From NCBI GenBank assembly GCA_010093605.1, contig MU004193.1, positions 1,185,520-1,249,519 on the forward strand: a stretch of DNA of 64,000 nt, given 5' to 3'. Source of the stretch: Lophium mytilinum (taxonomy: Eukaryota). The first letter of the stretch is position 1; each line of letters opens with the position of its first letter. A program made the translations under genes and the position numbers. The notes below the pieces were generated by a model. The model saw nothing but the letters and a program-made list of their open reading frames with translations. It did no database searches and was not told the DNA's origin. Of this stretch, positions 35,750-49,560 are shown piece by piece.

Positions 35750-38700
35750 AAAATTAAGAATATCTTTCCTTACGGCCTTATTTCTACCTATACCGTTACT
35801 TACTAGTGCCATGGCCCTTCTTTACTGTACTGCTTCTTAGTATTTACTAGCTTAGTTACGGAAGAGAGGCGTTAGTAAGTGCTCTTACTCTTGCGCGCTT
35901 TACTAAAATCTCTACTATATCTTTAACTCTTAGGGCAGCTTTAATCTCTTTAGCGCAACCGCTAAGCTAGTACTACCTTATTACCTCTTATGCCTTTATC
36001 TTCTAGTCTTCTATATAGAGTGTATTATATTAATCCTAGTTAATATAGTTATTAATAAAAAAACGGGTGGGGTCTAGGCTAGAGGTAGCTAGTATAATAT
36101 ATACACTTTAGAGGACTTATAGTAGTAGATAGAATTAATATACTTCTAGCTTTTATTAGCGGCGGCTATTATTAGAAGCCTAAGAAGCTACCTCTACTAG
36201 GCTATAGATATAATATAGCTTCCTATTATTAATTAGCGCTAGAAGGTAAATAAAAACTCTAGAGTATACTACCTATAGGGTATCTTTACCCTTTAGAATA
36301 GGGTCTATAATAGTTACTATAAATTATAGCTACTCTACTAACCTTCTATTAGTAATACTAACGCGCGTCTTTCTATTTTTAGTATAGTTTAAGCTATACT
36401 CTTATACCTATAGATAGTTGCGTTACTATTCTTAGTTCTACTACTTAGGGTTGCACTATAGATTTTCTTTTATAAGGCTTTCTAGGTTCTTACTAGTACC
36501 TAATCGCTTCTAACATAAAATACCAGCGTAGAACTTAAGCTAGAGGTAGCTAACCTAGAATAGATTAGGGTTTAATATATCTAGGCTGCTAGGCTTAGTA
36601 TATTAGCCTTAGATCTTGCGCCTCTCTTCTTAAATAAATACGGCGGCGGCGGCTATAAAGTCTAGCTTCCAGCTTATATTAGCTATATACTTAATACTTA
36701 CTTTTAGATAGTATACTATTTAGCCTTTATAGAAATTATTATATCTAGGCTATTTAAAGTTTAAGATATTAATACTTTCTAATACTATTATCTATCACAT
36801 TAGCATATCTCTTATTACTACCAGTTAAAAATAGTAATATTAGTAGTTTAGTATATTATTTATAGCCTAGTTATTTATAAGTCTCTAGTTTAATTAGTAG
36901 ATCTAGGGTAGAAAGTCCTTATAGTTTATTAACTAATACTATAATTTAACTAGGTGTTAGTATTTTACTTCGCTATTTAAGCCGGTGTTATAGCTATTAA
37001 TGGCGCCGAATTTCTATATAAAATTAACGTAGTGCTGCATAATATAGAATTTCGGGTAGTAGAAGGCGTAGTTTCTATTCTTATTCCTAGGTCTAAATGT
37101 CCTAAATTTTAACTTATATATATTAATTTAAGCTATTACTAGCTCTATATACTTTAGTGTAGCCTTATTATACATCTTATACTACGCTAGAATAGTAAAA
37201 TTAAGCATTATACGGATAAATTAGAGCGCGTTTAGCGCCTTTACTTCTAGTAGCAGTACTACTACTACTATAAGCTAGCAGGCTATAGACTTTTATTTAG
37301 AGCTAGTATACTATAAAAGTTTACTAAAATTCTTCTTATTAAATATAGATAGACCTAGAAAAGGCGGCACATTCTTAAATTACTTATCTAGCTAGGTTAA
37401 GCTGCTCTTATTTTCTATTAGAATATAGGCATCTTTTCTTCTAATTACTAGGGTGCAGACCTCCGCTACTAGTAGCTAGACCTATTTAATAAGGTTGTAA
37501 ATAACGCCCGTAAATAGTTAGTATAGAATATCTATTATTATTATCTAGTAGATATTAGTATAGGGGTATTTCTAGGTAAAGTTATTTATAGAATATATAT
37601 ATAACTCTATATTAAGCTCTATAGCCTCTATATTATATAGCGCTTTATTTAGTAGAAGTTTTAAATACTCTTTATTATTGCGTTACTATTTAATCTAAAT
37701 AATAGTTAAGCGGTAAGACCTTATAGCGTGTTTAGTCTCTAGGTCTTCGCGTTAATATAATAGTACCTAGTATATAGTGTAGTGTTTTCTAAATTTAATA
37801 TCTATAAGTAGGCTCTATTTTTTATAATTAGCTATAATCCCGCATAATACTAGATAGCACCTTTAATTCTTACTATCCCCGCATTCTAGTATAATTCTAT
37901 TAGTAGTATATTCTATAATAGCTTATTTTATATTAGAAAACCGCTTAGTATTAGTAAGAATTTTACTAACACCTAAGAATGTAGCCTAAAGAGCTGTAGT
38001 ATAGCTAATACTTTAGGTAGTCTTCTTTATCCGCCGTGCTTAGTATAAAGCCTAGTAGTAGAGTACTAGGCAATATATTTAAGCGCCGCGTAGTTCTATC
38101 TAGGTTACTAATAGTTAGATAGACTAGCTATGCGCTCTTATTACTATAATATTAGGTAAGCTATATCTTATCTATAGAGAGTAAGATAGGTATTACTATA
38201 GCCCCCGCTAGAAGCTTTAACTAAGTCTACTACTACTAGTCTAATATATATAACTTAGTATATACCTACCAGCCTTCTATATTATAGACTTAAACTAGTA
38301 TAAATATAAGGTAATTATAGAAAGGGCGGTGTCTAATTAGGAATAATATAGCTGCCATTATATTAAAGTAGTATACTAGATGCTACTTTCTACTTAAGCT
38401 TTATTTTTTACTTAGGAAATACAGCATCTCTACTATATAGTTAGTATTACTAATACTATATCTAATTTCCTCTAGTTTACTATTCTATAAATTGCCCAAT
38501 ATAAATGTAAGAAAGTTAGAGAATATGCTCTTAAGGTAGATGTTATTAAATAGTAGATTAATATTATTCTTAGTGCAGCTAATCTGCTAAAGCTATAATA
38601 TAAAAGCATAGTTAAACGCTAATTAAAATAGATAGAAGGGGGATTAGTCCCTATAATAGAGTAACTAGTTAGTAAGCTTTAATGCCGCCTTTACGGGCGG

Positions 38701-39090
38701 GGGGGACGGCGGTCCCTAATAATACTTACGTCTACTATCTAGCATTAGCCTATCTAATAGACGCCCCTGCGGGCATGCCTAATTTAGTAGAGGGATATAC
38801 TTTCTCTTATAGTAATAACATGGATAATATTATTAGTTAGCCTTATTAGTGCGGAACATAGAATTTAGTAGCCTCTAGCGGGTTATTATATATTAAGCTT
38901 ATAGGGCCTCTATTTATAAAAGGCGGACTCTAGTACTCTTCTAGTTTACTAGAGATATATAGCTCTATTCTATTTATCTTATACTCTATCTTATTATAGG
39001 GGTTAGCTAGTAGGGGTAGACTTACTAGTAGTAATCTAGGCGTTCTAAATAATATCCCGTCTATTATCTAAATAACGCGGAGCATGCAAG
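35750..39090 (-). pseudogene. Plavaka transposase, RIP-mutated; ends approximate
   Basis: Ordered Plavaka motifs on the minus strand: LLAGAIVIPILLSIDKI*LT...VYLTISNL (~38220-38090); ECGDSKN*RCYLVLCGIIANYKK* (~37890-37820; CxDG..R..P.L....ADY.EQ); DILY*LFTGVI (DILHQL, ~37530); LDK*FKNVPPFLGL (~37390); YPKFYIMQHYVNFI*KFGA (PKFH...HY...I..FG, ~37055-37000); INNYIN*D*YNTLY (~36055-36015). Confidence 0.88.
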
Positions 39091-42000
39091 ACTAGATTAC
39101 GGATCTAGTAGTTCTAGTATTAGTAAGCGGGACCCGCTATAGTATTTTAAGAAGCTTTTTACAGCACGGTATATATTTATTTAGGGTGCTAAGTATTTAG
39201 AATAACTTATAGTAGTATCTATATTTAGTAGAAGGTATATACTCTATTTCTAGTTAAATTTAGTTAGCCCTATATAGAAACTTATAGATTATAAGTAATT
39301 ATTATAGATTATATTAGATTATAGGCTAGTATGCAGCACTTATTATTCTTTAATAGCACGCAACGTGTTTTAATAGGGGGCGGGCCATTCTATTAGCCTG
39401 GAACCTTAATGCATCTACACGTTAAAGACTATAGCTTACTCTTTTAAACCGCAACTCTAAAGCCTATATATAATTATTTCTATTATTTCTATATTCTTTA
39501 TAGCTAGTATAAATCTTTATAGTAGGTATAGTTTTAAGCGCGTACTAGTAGTTATATCTAGTTTCCCTAGTTCTAATAGCACAGCGTGTATTAAAAGTAA
39601 GTATTACCTCTTACTAATTTCTAGTATCTAACTTTCTACCGCAGTTACCGGCTATAGTAAAGAACTCTTAACTCTAGGCGAGTGCTATCTAGGTAATATA
39701 GAAGAAGATACTAAGTCTAAGCGCATTACTCCCTTCTATAAGGTAAGCGCTAGGCGGCGATATATTACTAGTCTAGTAGAATAGAGTTAACAGGCATCTA
39801 CTAAGGGTGCCAGCGTTATTAAAAAGATAGCTGCTAGGGTAAGTACTAGTTATAGAATAGCTATAAGATAGTAATATTAGATATGCATTAAGTAGCCTAG
39901 GTTAAACTCTACGTCTCTCTTAGCCGGCGCAAAATTAGATAATAGCTAGGAGGCGCTAGTTAGGCAGGGAGTTTTATAATATTACTAATTTGGCCGCTTA
40001 AGCCTCTTATATGCAGTAGAATTAGCGGCATATATATTAGTAATAACTGCGCTTAATAAGAATAAGGTAGATAGAGAGTAGATAACTTATAAGGACTAGT
40101 AAGTAGTAAGGGCGGAGGACTATCTTCTTATAGATTATAAGAGTACTTAAGCCTTTCTTTAATAGTCTATACCGCGCTATTAAAAGTAGGTTAAGTTCTT
40201 TAGCTACTTTTATAATAATACTCTAGTAAAACTCTAGGCCCTATTCTATACCGGGTTAATAGGAAAGCTAAAGGATTATTAAGCCCTTATTAATAGTACT
40301 AGAAATTAGGCTAGTAGATATTTAGCCCTAGAAAAATGTTAGCTTATAGGCTATATATATTACTATCTAGTATTTACATATATAATCTATAGTAAATATA
40401 ATAATAACTTAGTATTTTAAATTAAGTATATAGGTATAGAAGACTTCTAGATTACTAATACCTCTAAATTAGTAGCGGGGATGCTACCTTCTGTCTAAGT
40501 TGCCGGCGCCTATAACTAGTGCTAGTAGTAACTCTTATACTATAGTCTACCCGGGCCGCCCGCAGAATGTCTAATTATTTTTAATTATTATTAATTATTT
40601 CTAATTATAGTAGCCCTCTACTACTTACTATATTTTAGCTAACGCTTTAGCTATATAGTTCTATATTCTCTAGCTAAGCTTATCTTCGCGCGGATTCTAT
40701 AGTCTATAATTATCTTACGCATTTAAGTTATTACTACTATTACTATCTCTATTAAGAAGCCTAGCGCAGTTCTTAAGGTCTAGAATAGCCTTATAGATGC
40801 AATTTAAGATAGTTAGCCACTAGCATATTAATTTATTATTGCCTAAGTATAGTATATAGGTACTATCTTAGTTAGTATTATTATCTTTGCCGGTATTATA
40901 CTTAGAGTAGAAGTTATTACTTTTATTATAGCTAAAGGCGGAGTAGTAATAGCTAACTACTAGATAGCTACTTACTTTATAATAGTTAATAGTGCTATTA
41001 GTAATTAGTTCTTAGATAAATATAGTAAAACCTCTAGCTATATAGCAGTCTATATAGAAGGTTAGACTATTAATATAGTAGACTTTAGCGGCGTCCTATT
41101 TATCCCCCTCCGCACTATTACTAGCCTTAGCCCGGCCAGCCTTAAACTTGTCTAGTACCTTAGCGTAGTACCTAAGGATATTCTTAATATTATATTTACT
41201 ATGCCCTCCCGGTCTACTAGTTATCTTAAAGTTATAAACTTACTTAACTGCAACCTATGCTAACTTAAATAGAAATAGAAACTAGTTAGAGCGGCCTTAG
41301 TAGGAAATATTAATAGTATATAGTCTCTCTAGCGGTGTGCAATTCTCTATTATTAGAACCCGGTGCTAATCTAGATATATATAAAGGGGCTTAGTTACAT
41401 CTATAAAGCCCTCTACTATATTATTTATTATATTTACTATATTTAGTATTATAGGTAATACTATAAGTATTTTAGTAGCTATATTATATAATATCTTATA
41501 AAACTCCTTATAAGTCTAGGCGTTAACCTGTTTCTATAATAAGTTAACTAGTATAGTACGCCGGGTAATATTTTTATATGCTATCTAAGTAGCATGCCGG
41601 CGCTTATTATCTAGACTTTACTTCTCTATATTAGAAGTAGTAACCTTAAAATAGAGAATATAATCTAGATCTATATACTTACTTAGATTATTAATAGAAG
41701 AGTAGGTATAGTAGTTACGCTAGGGCACTAGTAGGTTCTCTACTATTCTAATAAATAGTAGATTAGTTTAGGTAAGAAGTTTAGCCTTCTATAACTCTAG
41801 AAGCGGGGGTATAGTTTATAGTAGGTTTAGAGGCTACTTAAGGCTGTAAAATTCTCTAGCTTATACTTCTATAGACGCTAACTTCTCTAGAGTATCTAGT
41901 ATAGACGTAACTAGGTATATCTAGGCAAAACTATCTATTATTATAGCCTTAAACTTCTTATTAGTATAGATAGTATTAAGCGGAGAGTCTACTTAGCTAT

Positions 42001-45000
42001 AGAATATAATCTAGTATAGCTTATTAGTATATAGTAATCTAAATACTAGAACTATAAATATAAGCTATATTTATAAGGCCGGACTTCTATTAGCTAATTC
42101 TCTATAGATTATATATAAGATAATAGGTATATACTATTTAGAATATAGATTCTAAGGTAGACTAATATAAGACTTATACTTATCTTAGACCCTTATATAG
42201 TAAATAGCGTCCTGCATTAACCTCTTATAGGGTTCTACTAGCTTAGCGGGGGTAGCTAGTTAGGTTAGAATAATAGTAAGGAAGATAGGGACCTCCGCTA
42301 GCTCTTTACTAGCGGTCGCGTTAGTATTACACCTAATTATCCGGCCTCTAAATAAGGGCGGTAGATATTCTTCTAGAATCTTAAGAACCTTAAGAGTGCC
42401 CTTAATAGTAAGGTTATAGCGGTACTTAGGCTTATTTATAGAGGCCACCTTTTATAGTTTATGCATATCTAGATTAAAATAATAAGAGTAAGTATACTAT
42501 TATGCACCCGGTATATTAGTAGGTAGGCTAGGGCGCATTTAAGTAGAGATTCTAAATTAGCACTTAATTACAACTTACTTTAGTAGCTCTTAGTCTTATA
42601 GCGCCTTAGTAAGCTTTACCGCACGGGTGGCATTAGGTATAGTTATTAGAATAATAGTAAGAGTATAGGCATCTATTACCCCTATTTAGCCTTTTAAGAT
42701 TAGAATATTTACTATAGAATTAAGTTAGTATTTAGTATATCTCTAGCGCTTTTAGAGGTTGCTATATTTCTCTTTAAAGGTTACTATAGACTTAAACCCG
42801 TTAGTAGACTATATTATAGTTATTTAAGTAGTAAGTATCTTTTTAAGTTTTACTCTCTATAGTTTATTTAATTTATCTCTTATAACTAAGATTTCGCGTA
42901 TACTATATAGAAGATTAAAGAATTAGTTAGCGCCCTTAGAGTAGAGTTAGAAGAAGGGCTTAGTAGTAACCTCTCTATATATAGATTAGTCTATTAAGTC
43001 TAGATACTACTATATATAAGCTAGACTTACTACTTAGTCTCTATTTAAAGTATATTAGCCTTTACTATTCTAGACTATATATTACTATTAGGCCTAATAT
43101 ATTTAAATAGTTAGTTAGTATTAGTATAGGTAGATACGCTTATATTCTAAATAAAATAGTCGGGGTTAAAGGAGAGGCTATAATTTAATAGTAAGTAGGT
43201 TATTAAAAGAGTTCGGGGCTTTAGTCTAATATGCGCTAGTAGTATATTAGCTATTATTATAGAAGGTATAAGTTACTATAGTAGTAGCTACCTTCTAGAG
43301 GGTTAGAGTTAAGGCTAGTATAATATTAGGCTAATAATTAGATTAGAACTAAGTACTATTATATTTAGTAAGATATTAGTTGCGTTAAGAGGCTTTTATC
43401 TAAACGCGCATTTAATGGCTAAATTACCTAGTAGAATATAGATACTATATAGTAGTTAATTAGTCCCCTAAATATCTAAGTATCGCCCTATTATCTTTCT
43501 TATCTACTTCTAACCTGCCTCTACTAATTTTAAGCTATACTTAAGGGTTAGCCTTATAGCATACTATAATAGGTAAACCTAAGTATTACTAACTTATATA
43601 TATTCTAGAGGCGTAGCCTATAAAATGCAACTGCGTAATTCTACTACTTTTAGAAAGGCTAAATCCGCAAGAAAAAGCGCGCTAACCTAGTTATTAGAGC
43701 GCAAGCTGCAAGAGATAGAGAGAGAGCGGAAACTACTAAGTAGAGCCTTTAGAAAGCGCCGCCTAGAGTAGTAGAGGGCTATAAGAGAGAGAGATATATA
43801 GGCTAGTTAAATGCGGACTATAGTTAGCCTAGCGCCGGCGGGGGTAAGTAAGTAGATAAGAAGTATAATAAATATATAGGTAGGTAACGCTAGTCTTTCT
43901 AGGTAGATTAAAGTAGGCGTTCTCTATATAGAGGTAGTATACGCGCTAGTAGAGGGGCTAGAGGGCGAGGGTGCTTATTTAGTAAGAGAGAGAGTAGGTA
44001 AGTAAGCTATCCCGCGGTATAAGCTAAATTAGTAATACTTATAAGAAGGGTAGATAGTAAAAAGATATATAAATTAGTGCTACTATCTACTAGCTTATAG
44101 GGCGCAACTTTAGTAAATAATAAGCTACTATTAGAGGTAGAGAGGCGCGTAGTAGCTTAGGTAATAATAAGTAGTATAGTACCTTCTTAGGTAGCTATAG
44201 CTAACTTCTCTTTCTATTCTAAGGATCTTAACCTATTAGCCGCTAATCTAGTAGAGCTTATAATACTAACTTAAATAATAGAGGGGGGCACCTATATATA
44301 GAAATTAGCCTTCCTTTCTATATTAACTAATCTAGGTAAGTAGAAGGTAATATAAGGTAGAAGTTATTACTAATCTATTAAGCGTTACTAAAAGCTAATA
44401 GGTATAGATAAATATTAAGGTAGAGGCTAATTATTACTAATTATTAGATAGTAGAGTTTTTTAAGCTATATAACTCTTTACTTCTATTATATTATAATAT
44501 AGCCTGTTTACTAATTACGCACTTAATTATGCGCTACTTTAAACTTTACCTTCTATCTAGCCTTTTAATTCTAATTCTTATCTACTATTCTTACCTATCT
44601 TTTCTCCCTTATCCTTCTCCTTCTCTATCTCTCTCTTTCCTCTTTCTCTTTTTCTTCTTCTCCCTCTCTTATACGCTAACTTTCTTCTCTATACCTTAGG
44701 CTTGCCTACGCTTGCTATATTTCTAGTACTACTCTATAAGTACTTCTTTAATAGATATTATACCTATTTAAAAGTATAACTAAGAGTAGCTACTTCTATT
44801 ACTAGCGCGCGCGGATTTATATATCTTCTACTACGGTTACCTTATTTTTTAACGCGCGTAATTCTAAGGTTAATTATACTATAAGTAGCATCTTCTATTA
44901 TAACTTTATAGGTAAGTAACTATCTTACTTATTACTTACTATTGCTATTTATCTAATATTATTAGCCTCCCGCCCGCCCTTACCTACATCGCTGTATAAC

Positions 45001-45189
45001 GCTATTCTATCTACTAACTCCGCCCCCTTCTATCTGCCTTTCTTATACCCTAACTTCTTATCTTATTTGCCTAATATAGCTAAAGGATTAGGTTAACGCA
45101 CTAGTTACTAACAACGCCTCCCTAATAATTAAAATAATAAGAAGTTTAACCTGGATAAATAGTTATTAAGCATAGACTCTAGTTAAGTA

Positions 45190-48100
45190 GACTATAATAG
45201 TAATTTAGAGCTAGATAAGCTAGATAACTACTGCAGCCGCCGGCCTCCCTATAGTAGCCGCTAATGCTTTAGACCTACTTAGGGGAAGACTATAATACCT
45301 CTAGTAGACCTACTACGTAATATATCTATATAGAGTAAGGCGGCATCTAATTTTACTAAGAACTTTAAAGGCTACTTAAGTTAAATAAATATTATAGCCG
45401 GCTTAGGTCTAGCTTCTAAGATATAGCGCTAGATAGAAGCTAACTTATTTATACTAATAGAGAACTCTAAAGTATACCTATAGGCAAAATATCTTTTATA
45501 ACTAGGCTAAAATAACTATAGTAAGAATAACGCCTACTTAGATACTTAGTCTAAAATATATACGCTTTTTATAGATATATAGAGTTATATATTTAAGAAG
45601 TTTTTTATATTAGCTAAGTAGAAGTAAGTATATTAGATATTAATCTAGCATAAAGTCTATAAGAAATATAAGATATAGGGCAGTATTATTAAAAGTAATA
45701 AGAAGCGGAAGTAGTTTAAGTTAGCCTTATCTATAAAGTTAGTTATATTAGTAGGCCTTAGCTCTCTAATAAAATCCCTAGATATTACTGCCTAAAATAT
45801 CCTATTTAAGCCCCGGCTATTATACACGGTCCTTGCTATAATATACTAGCTGCCGCAGTAGGAAAGTACTAGACGCCTTTTTACTCTCTATCTTATAAGG
45901 TCTAGCGGTAAAGGCCTAGAGCTAGAAGACTATAGCTTTATAAAGTTTCTAGAAGCTATTAATAGAACTTTTATAGACTTTAACCCTCTAGAGCACGTTA
46001 TTATAGTTAATAGAATCTAGAAGTTAATAGAGAATAACTTCTATCTAACTATACTATTAGAGGAAATAAAGAGTATATCTAAAGAGATAGTGCTTAGTTT
46101 TATAGTAAAGGGCCTTAATATTAGAAAGGTAATATCTAAACTTAAGACTAGACATATATTAATTATTATTAATTATTAAATATTACTACTAACTAATATA
46201 TAGCTAGGTCTGCACTTTCTTAAGTCTCTGCTCTCTAGTATCTGCCCGGCTAAGAAACGCCCCCGCCGTAGTAAGCCTAAGGCTGCTGCGGCTAAGGGTC
46301 TACCTAAACCTACCGCCGCCAACACTCTAGATAAAATAATTATTAACTTAACTATAAGTCTAGATATACTTATAGCTAATATAGATAGGGTTAATTCTAC
46401 TATAGAGTAGGATAAAGGGAAGAAGTAGAAACAGCTAGTAGATACAGTAAAAGAAGAGAAAGAAAAAAAGGAGAAAGAGCTGGTAGAAACAGCGAAAGCA
46501 GAGAGAGAAAAGAAAGAGAAAGAGAAGAAGGAGAAAGAGTTAGCGGAGAAAGAGCTGGCGGAGAAAGCGCTGGCAGAGAAAGCGCTAGTAGAAATAGTAA
46601 AAGTAGAGAAAGAAAGAAAGAAGAAAGAGATAAAGAAGAAAGAGATAAAGAAGAGAGAGCTAGTAGATATAGCAATAGCGGAGAAGGCTAAGAAGTAGAT
46701 AGAATAGAAGAAGAGAGAGCTAGCTAAAACCGCGACTAAAGAGAAAGTAAAGAGGTAGAAATAGCTAGAAGAGATAGCGGAGTAAGAGGAATAAAGAAAG
46801 TAGAAACTACTAGTAGAGAAGAAGGTATAGAAGCTATAAATAGAAAAGAAAGTATAACTACTCTAATAGATACTTAATATTATCTAGCTATATACTAAGT
46901 TAATGCGTAATTCTATTTAGCCTAGTATTATCTATAATAAGGTTATATAGTAGCTTAGGGCGCTTAGGCCTAGAACTACTTAGTATCTAACCGCCTAAAA
47001 ATAACTCTATGCGCTTATAGTTGCTGTAGAGAGCGGCTAGACTATTTCTAGTAATATCTAAATTACGGGGGATATAGTAATTAGTAGTATTAATATTATA
47101 GCTATACTTAAATTTAATATATATAGTCTTAGCGAGACTAGACCCTCTATAGATATAAATAAGATAATTATAGCTAATATAGAGGAGGTAGATACTATTA
47201 ATATTACTACTATAATAGCCCTAATATTAAGCTCTATAAAGAATATCTTAGTAGTAGTATTTAAAAAGGTGCTATAGTTTTTTAGTTTACCTTTAATATA
47301 TAGGAATTTTTCTAGTAATATAACCTTTAAGCTGCTAGAAATAACTACTAATTTAAAGATGCGTGCAGCCCTATACTAGGTAGCCGGGATATACAGCATT
47401 ATTTAAGGTCTTGCTAGTAGGGCGCGTAGGCTAATTCTTATAGACCCCCCTAGAATAGGAAAAACTCTATAAATATTAATAGCATTTACTACTTATGCTA
47501 GAGAGGCTAGTACTAATACTCTATATTCTAGTAGCGTTAAAGGCTGCATTATTTAGCTTACTAAGAAGAGTCTACTAAATTAGACCTATAAGAAGGTAAA
47601 ATACTAGCTAGATATTAAATATAAGAATAAGAATTTTAAGGTTTCTAGCGGAAGACTTTATATCCGGCGCGTATATAAAAGTATTATGGAGGGTAACCTT
47701 ACCCCTAAAGACTAGAAGAACCTTAGGCCTATCTATTAAGAAATAAATAGTCGGGTGTAGTATAAGCTAAATCTAAGAGTAAAAATCTACCTTATTATTA
47801 TAAGCGCGGAGACCTTTAATAAAAAATATAATAAGAATTTAAACTTACTAGAGACCTTTATAATATTTTATAACCTATTATATAGTAATAAAGTAACCCC
47901 TATATATATATATAGGGCCGTTTTTTTTAATAAGTTCTACCTAGGATTTAATAATATATCTCTATATATTACAGCTTTTAGCTATATTAAGTCTATATAG
48001 TATTAGTATATATTCTATCTAACTATGCGTAAATAGGCGAATATTAACTATGCGCTTAATTAGGTTTATTAGGGCTAGGACTTAGAAGGGTTTAATAAGG

Positions 48101-49560
48101 CTACTAATCTATATAGCTGCCCTGGAGGCTTATTCTATAGTAGGACTTCTTTTCTCTACGGCCCTAAAACTCTATTATATTTAATAGTTATGCTATATAG
48201 AGGTTTATAGACGCTAACTTAGATAGTAGATCTAACTAACTTAGACGCTAATATTAAAGATAACCTAGATAATACTCTTCTAGATAAGAAGTTAGAGAAA
48301 GAAGATATAGATAAAGGGGATAAGTTTAATATTCTTTATTAAGGCCCTACTCTCCGGCGTATTAATTAAGGAGATCTTATAGGGGCTAGAGGTTACTACC
48401 TTACCTTAAAAATAGAGAAAGAGCGGCAACTATAGAATAATTCTAAATTGTCTAGGCGTCTCTAGAGAGTATTAGATATAATTACAGCTATAAGTATCCG
48501 TAGAACGCTAATAAGCCTTAGCCTAGATAGCCTTCTCTTAGGGAATATGCCGCTCTATATTATATAGCAGGTAATAGTTAGTATACTAGACTGTTTTAAA
48601 CCCTTTATTAAGAAGTACTATATAGTTATTAGAGAGAGATATATAGACCTTAAAGAAGAGTATAAAGAATAGCTAAGGTATAGAGTAGTAATTAATAAGC
48701 CGCCGCCTTTCTTTAGCCTAGGCGCCTTCCTAATAGGCTTAGGCAAGGAAAGGCTGCCCTAGATTTTTACATTAATTCCTAGGCTGGCTAAGTTAAAGAT
48801 ATAATAGGAAGAGCTTAGCTTAATAAGTAATCTAACCTTTACTCTAGAAGATATTAAAAATGCGGGCTAGATAGATTATATAGACTTAGAGAGTACTCTT
48901 ACTAAATAGTATACTAACCTACTAGCTAATTTAGGGAAGCTAAAGAAGATTAGAAGCATAGTTTAATATATTTAAGCTAAGAAGAAGAAGATACTAATTA
49001 TTAGCGAGGAGCCTATAGTTAATTTAGTTATCTATATTATAAGTTGCTATCTATCTCTATCTATAATTGGCGATTATTATCTAATAAACTAATATAATTA
49101 ATACTAGATAATTATAAAGACTATACTAACTAAAAAGCTTATATAGTTATATTTATTACTAATAGTTAAGTAATAGGAGTAATTTAATACTGGCTTTAAG
49201 CGTAATTAAGACAATCTAGCGGCCGTTAATATTTTAGTCGCGAACTAGAAGACTAGAGAAGTAGAAGGCTCTAACTTTACTTTTTAATGCACGTGCGTAA
49301 TAGTTATAGAGCTATAGACTATATCTAGCCTTAAGATATAGATTATATCTAGAGTGTAGTAGAAGAACTAGAGGTTTAATAGAATATACAGTATTATTCT
49401 TACCTATATAGAGGGTAATAACCTAGCAGATACGCTAGCTTAGTTCTATACGGTTAATAATAATAAGTTTATATATAAGGTTATGTAAAGTATACTAAAA
49501 AAGAAGGAAAACTAAGGAACTATTAGTACTAAGATAACTACTAAATATACTAATTATATA
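45190..49560 (+). pseudogene. SNF2-family (SF2) helicase/ATPase cargo gene with N-terminal E/K-rich coiled coil, RIP-mutated; ends approximate
   Basis: Motifs in one frame: Walker A RLILIDPPRIGKTL*I (47428-47475; GLILADPPGMGKTLQ), Walker B AVFFNKFY (47917-47940; VFFDEFH), motif III FYSRTSF (~48133; SGTP), motifs V/VI EGSNFT...VIVIEL*...*IISRV**KN* (49264-49371). Charged repeat at 46420-46850. Confidence 0.75.

Noticed and set aside
46400..46675. Minus-strand Leu/Ser-rich ORF in the ORF track
   Set aside because: It is the antisense of the E/K-rich repeat of the plus-strand helicase relic.
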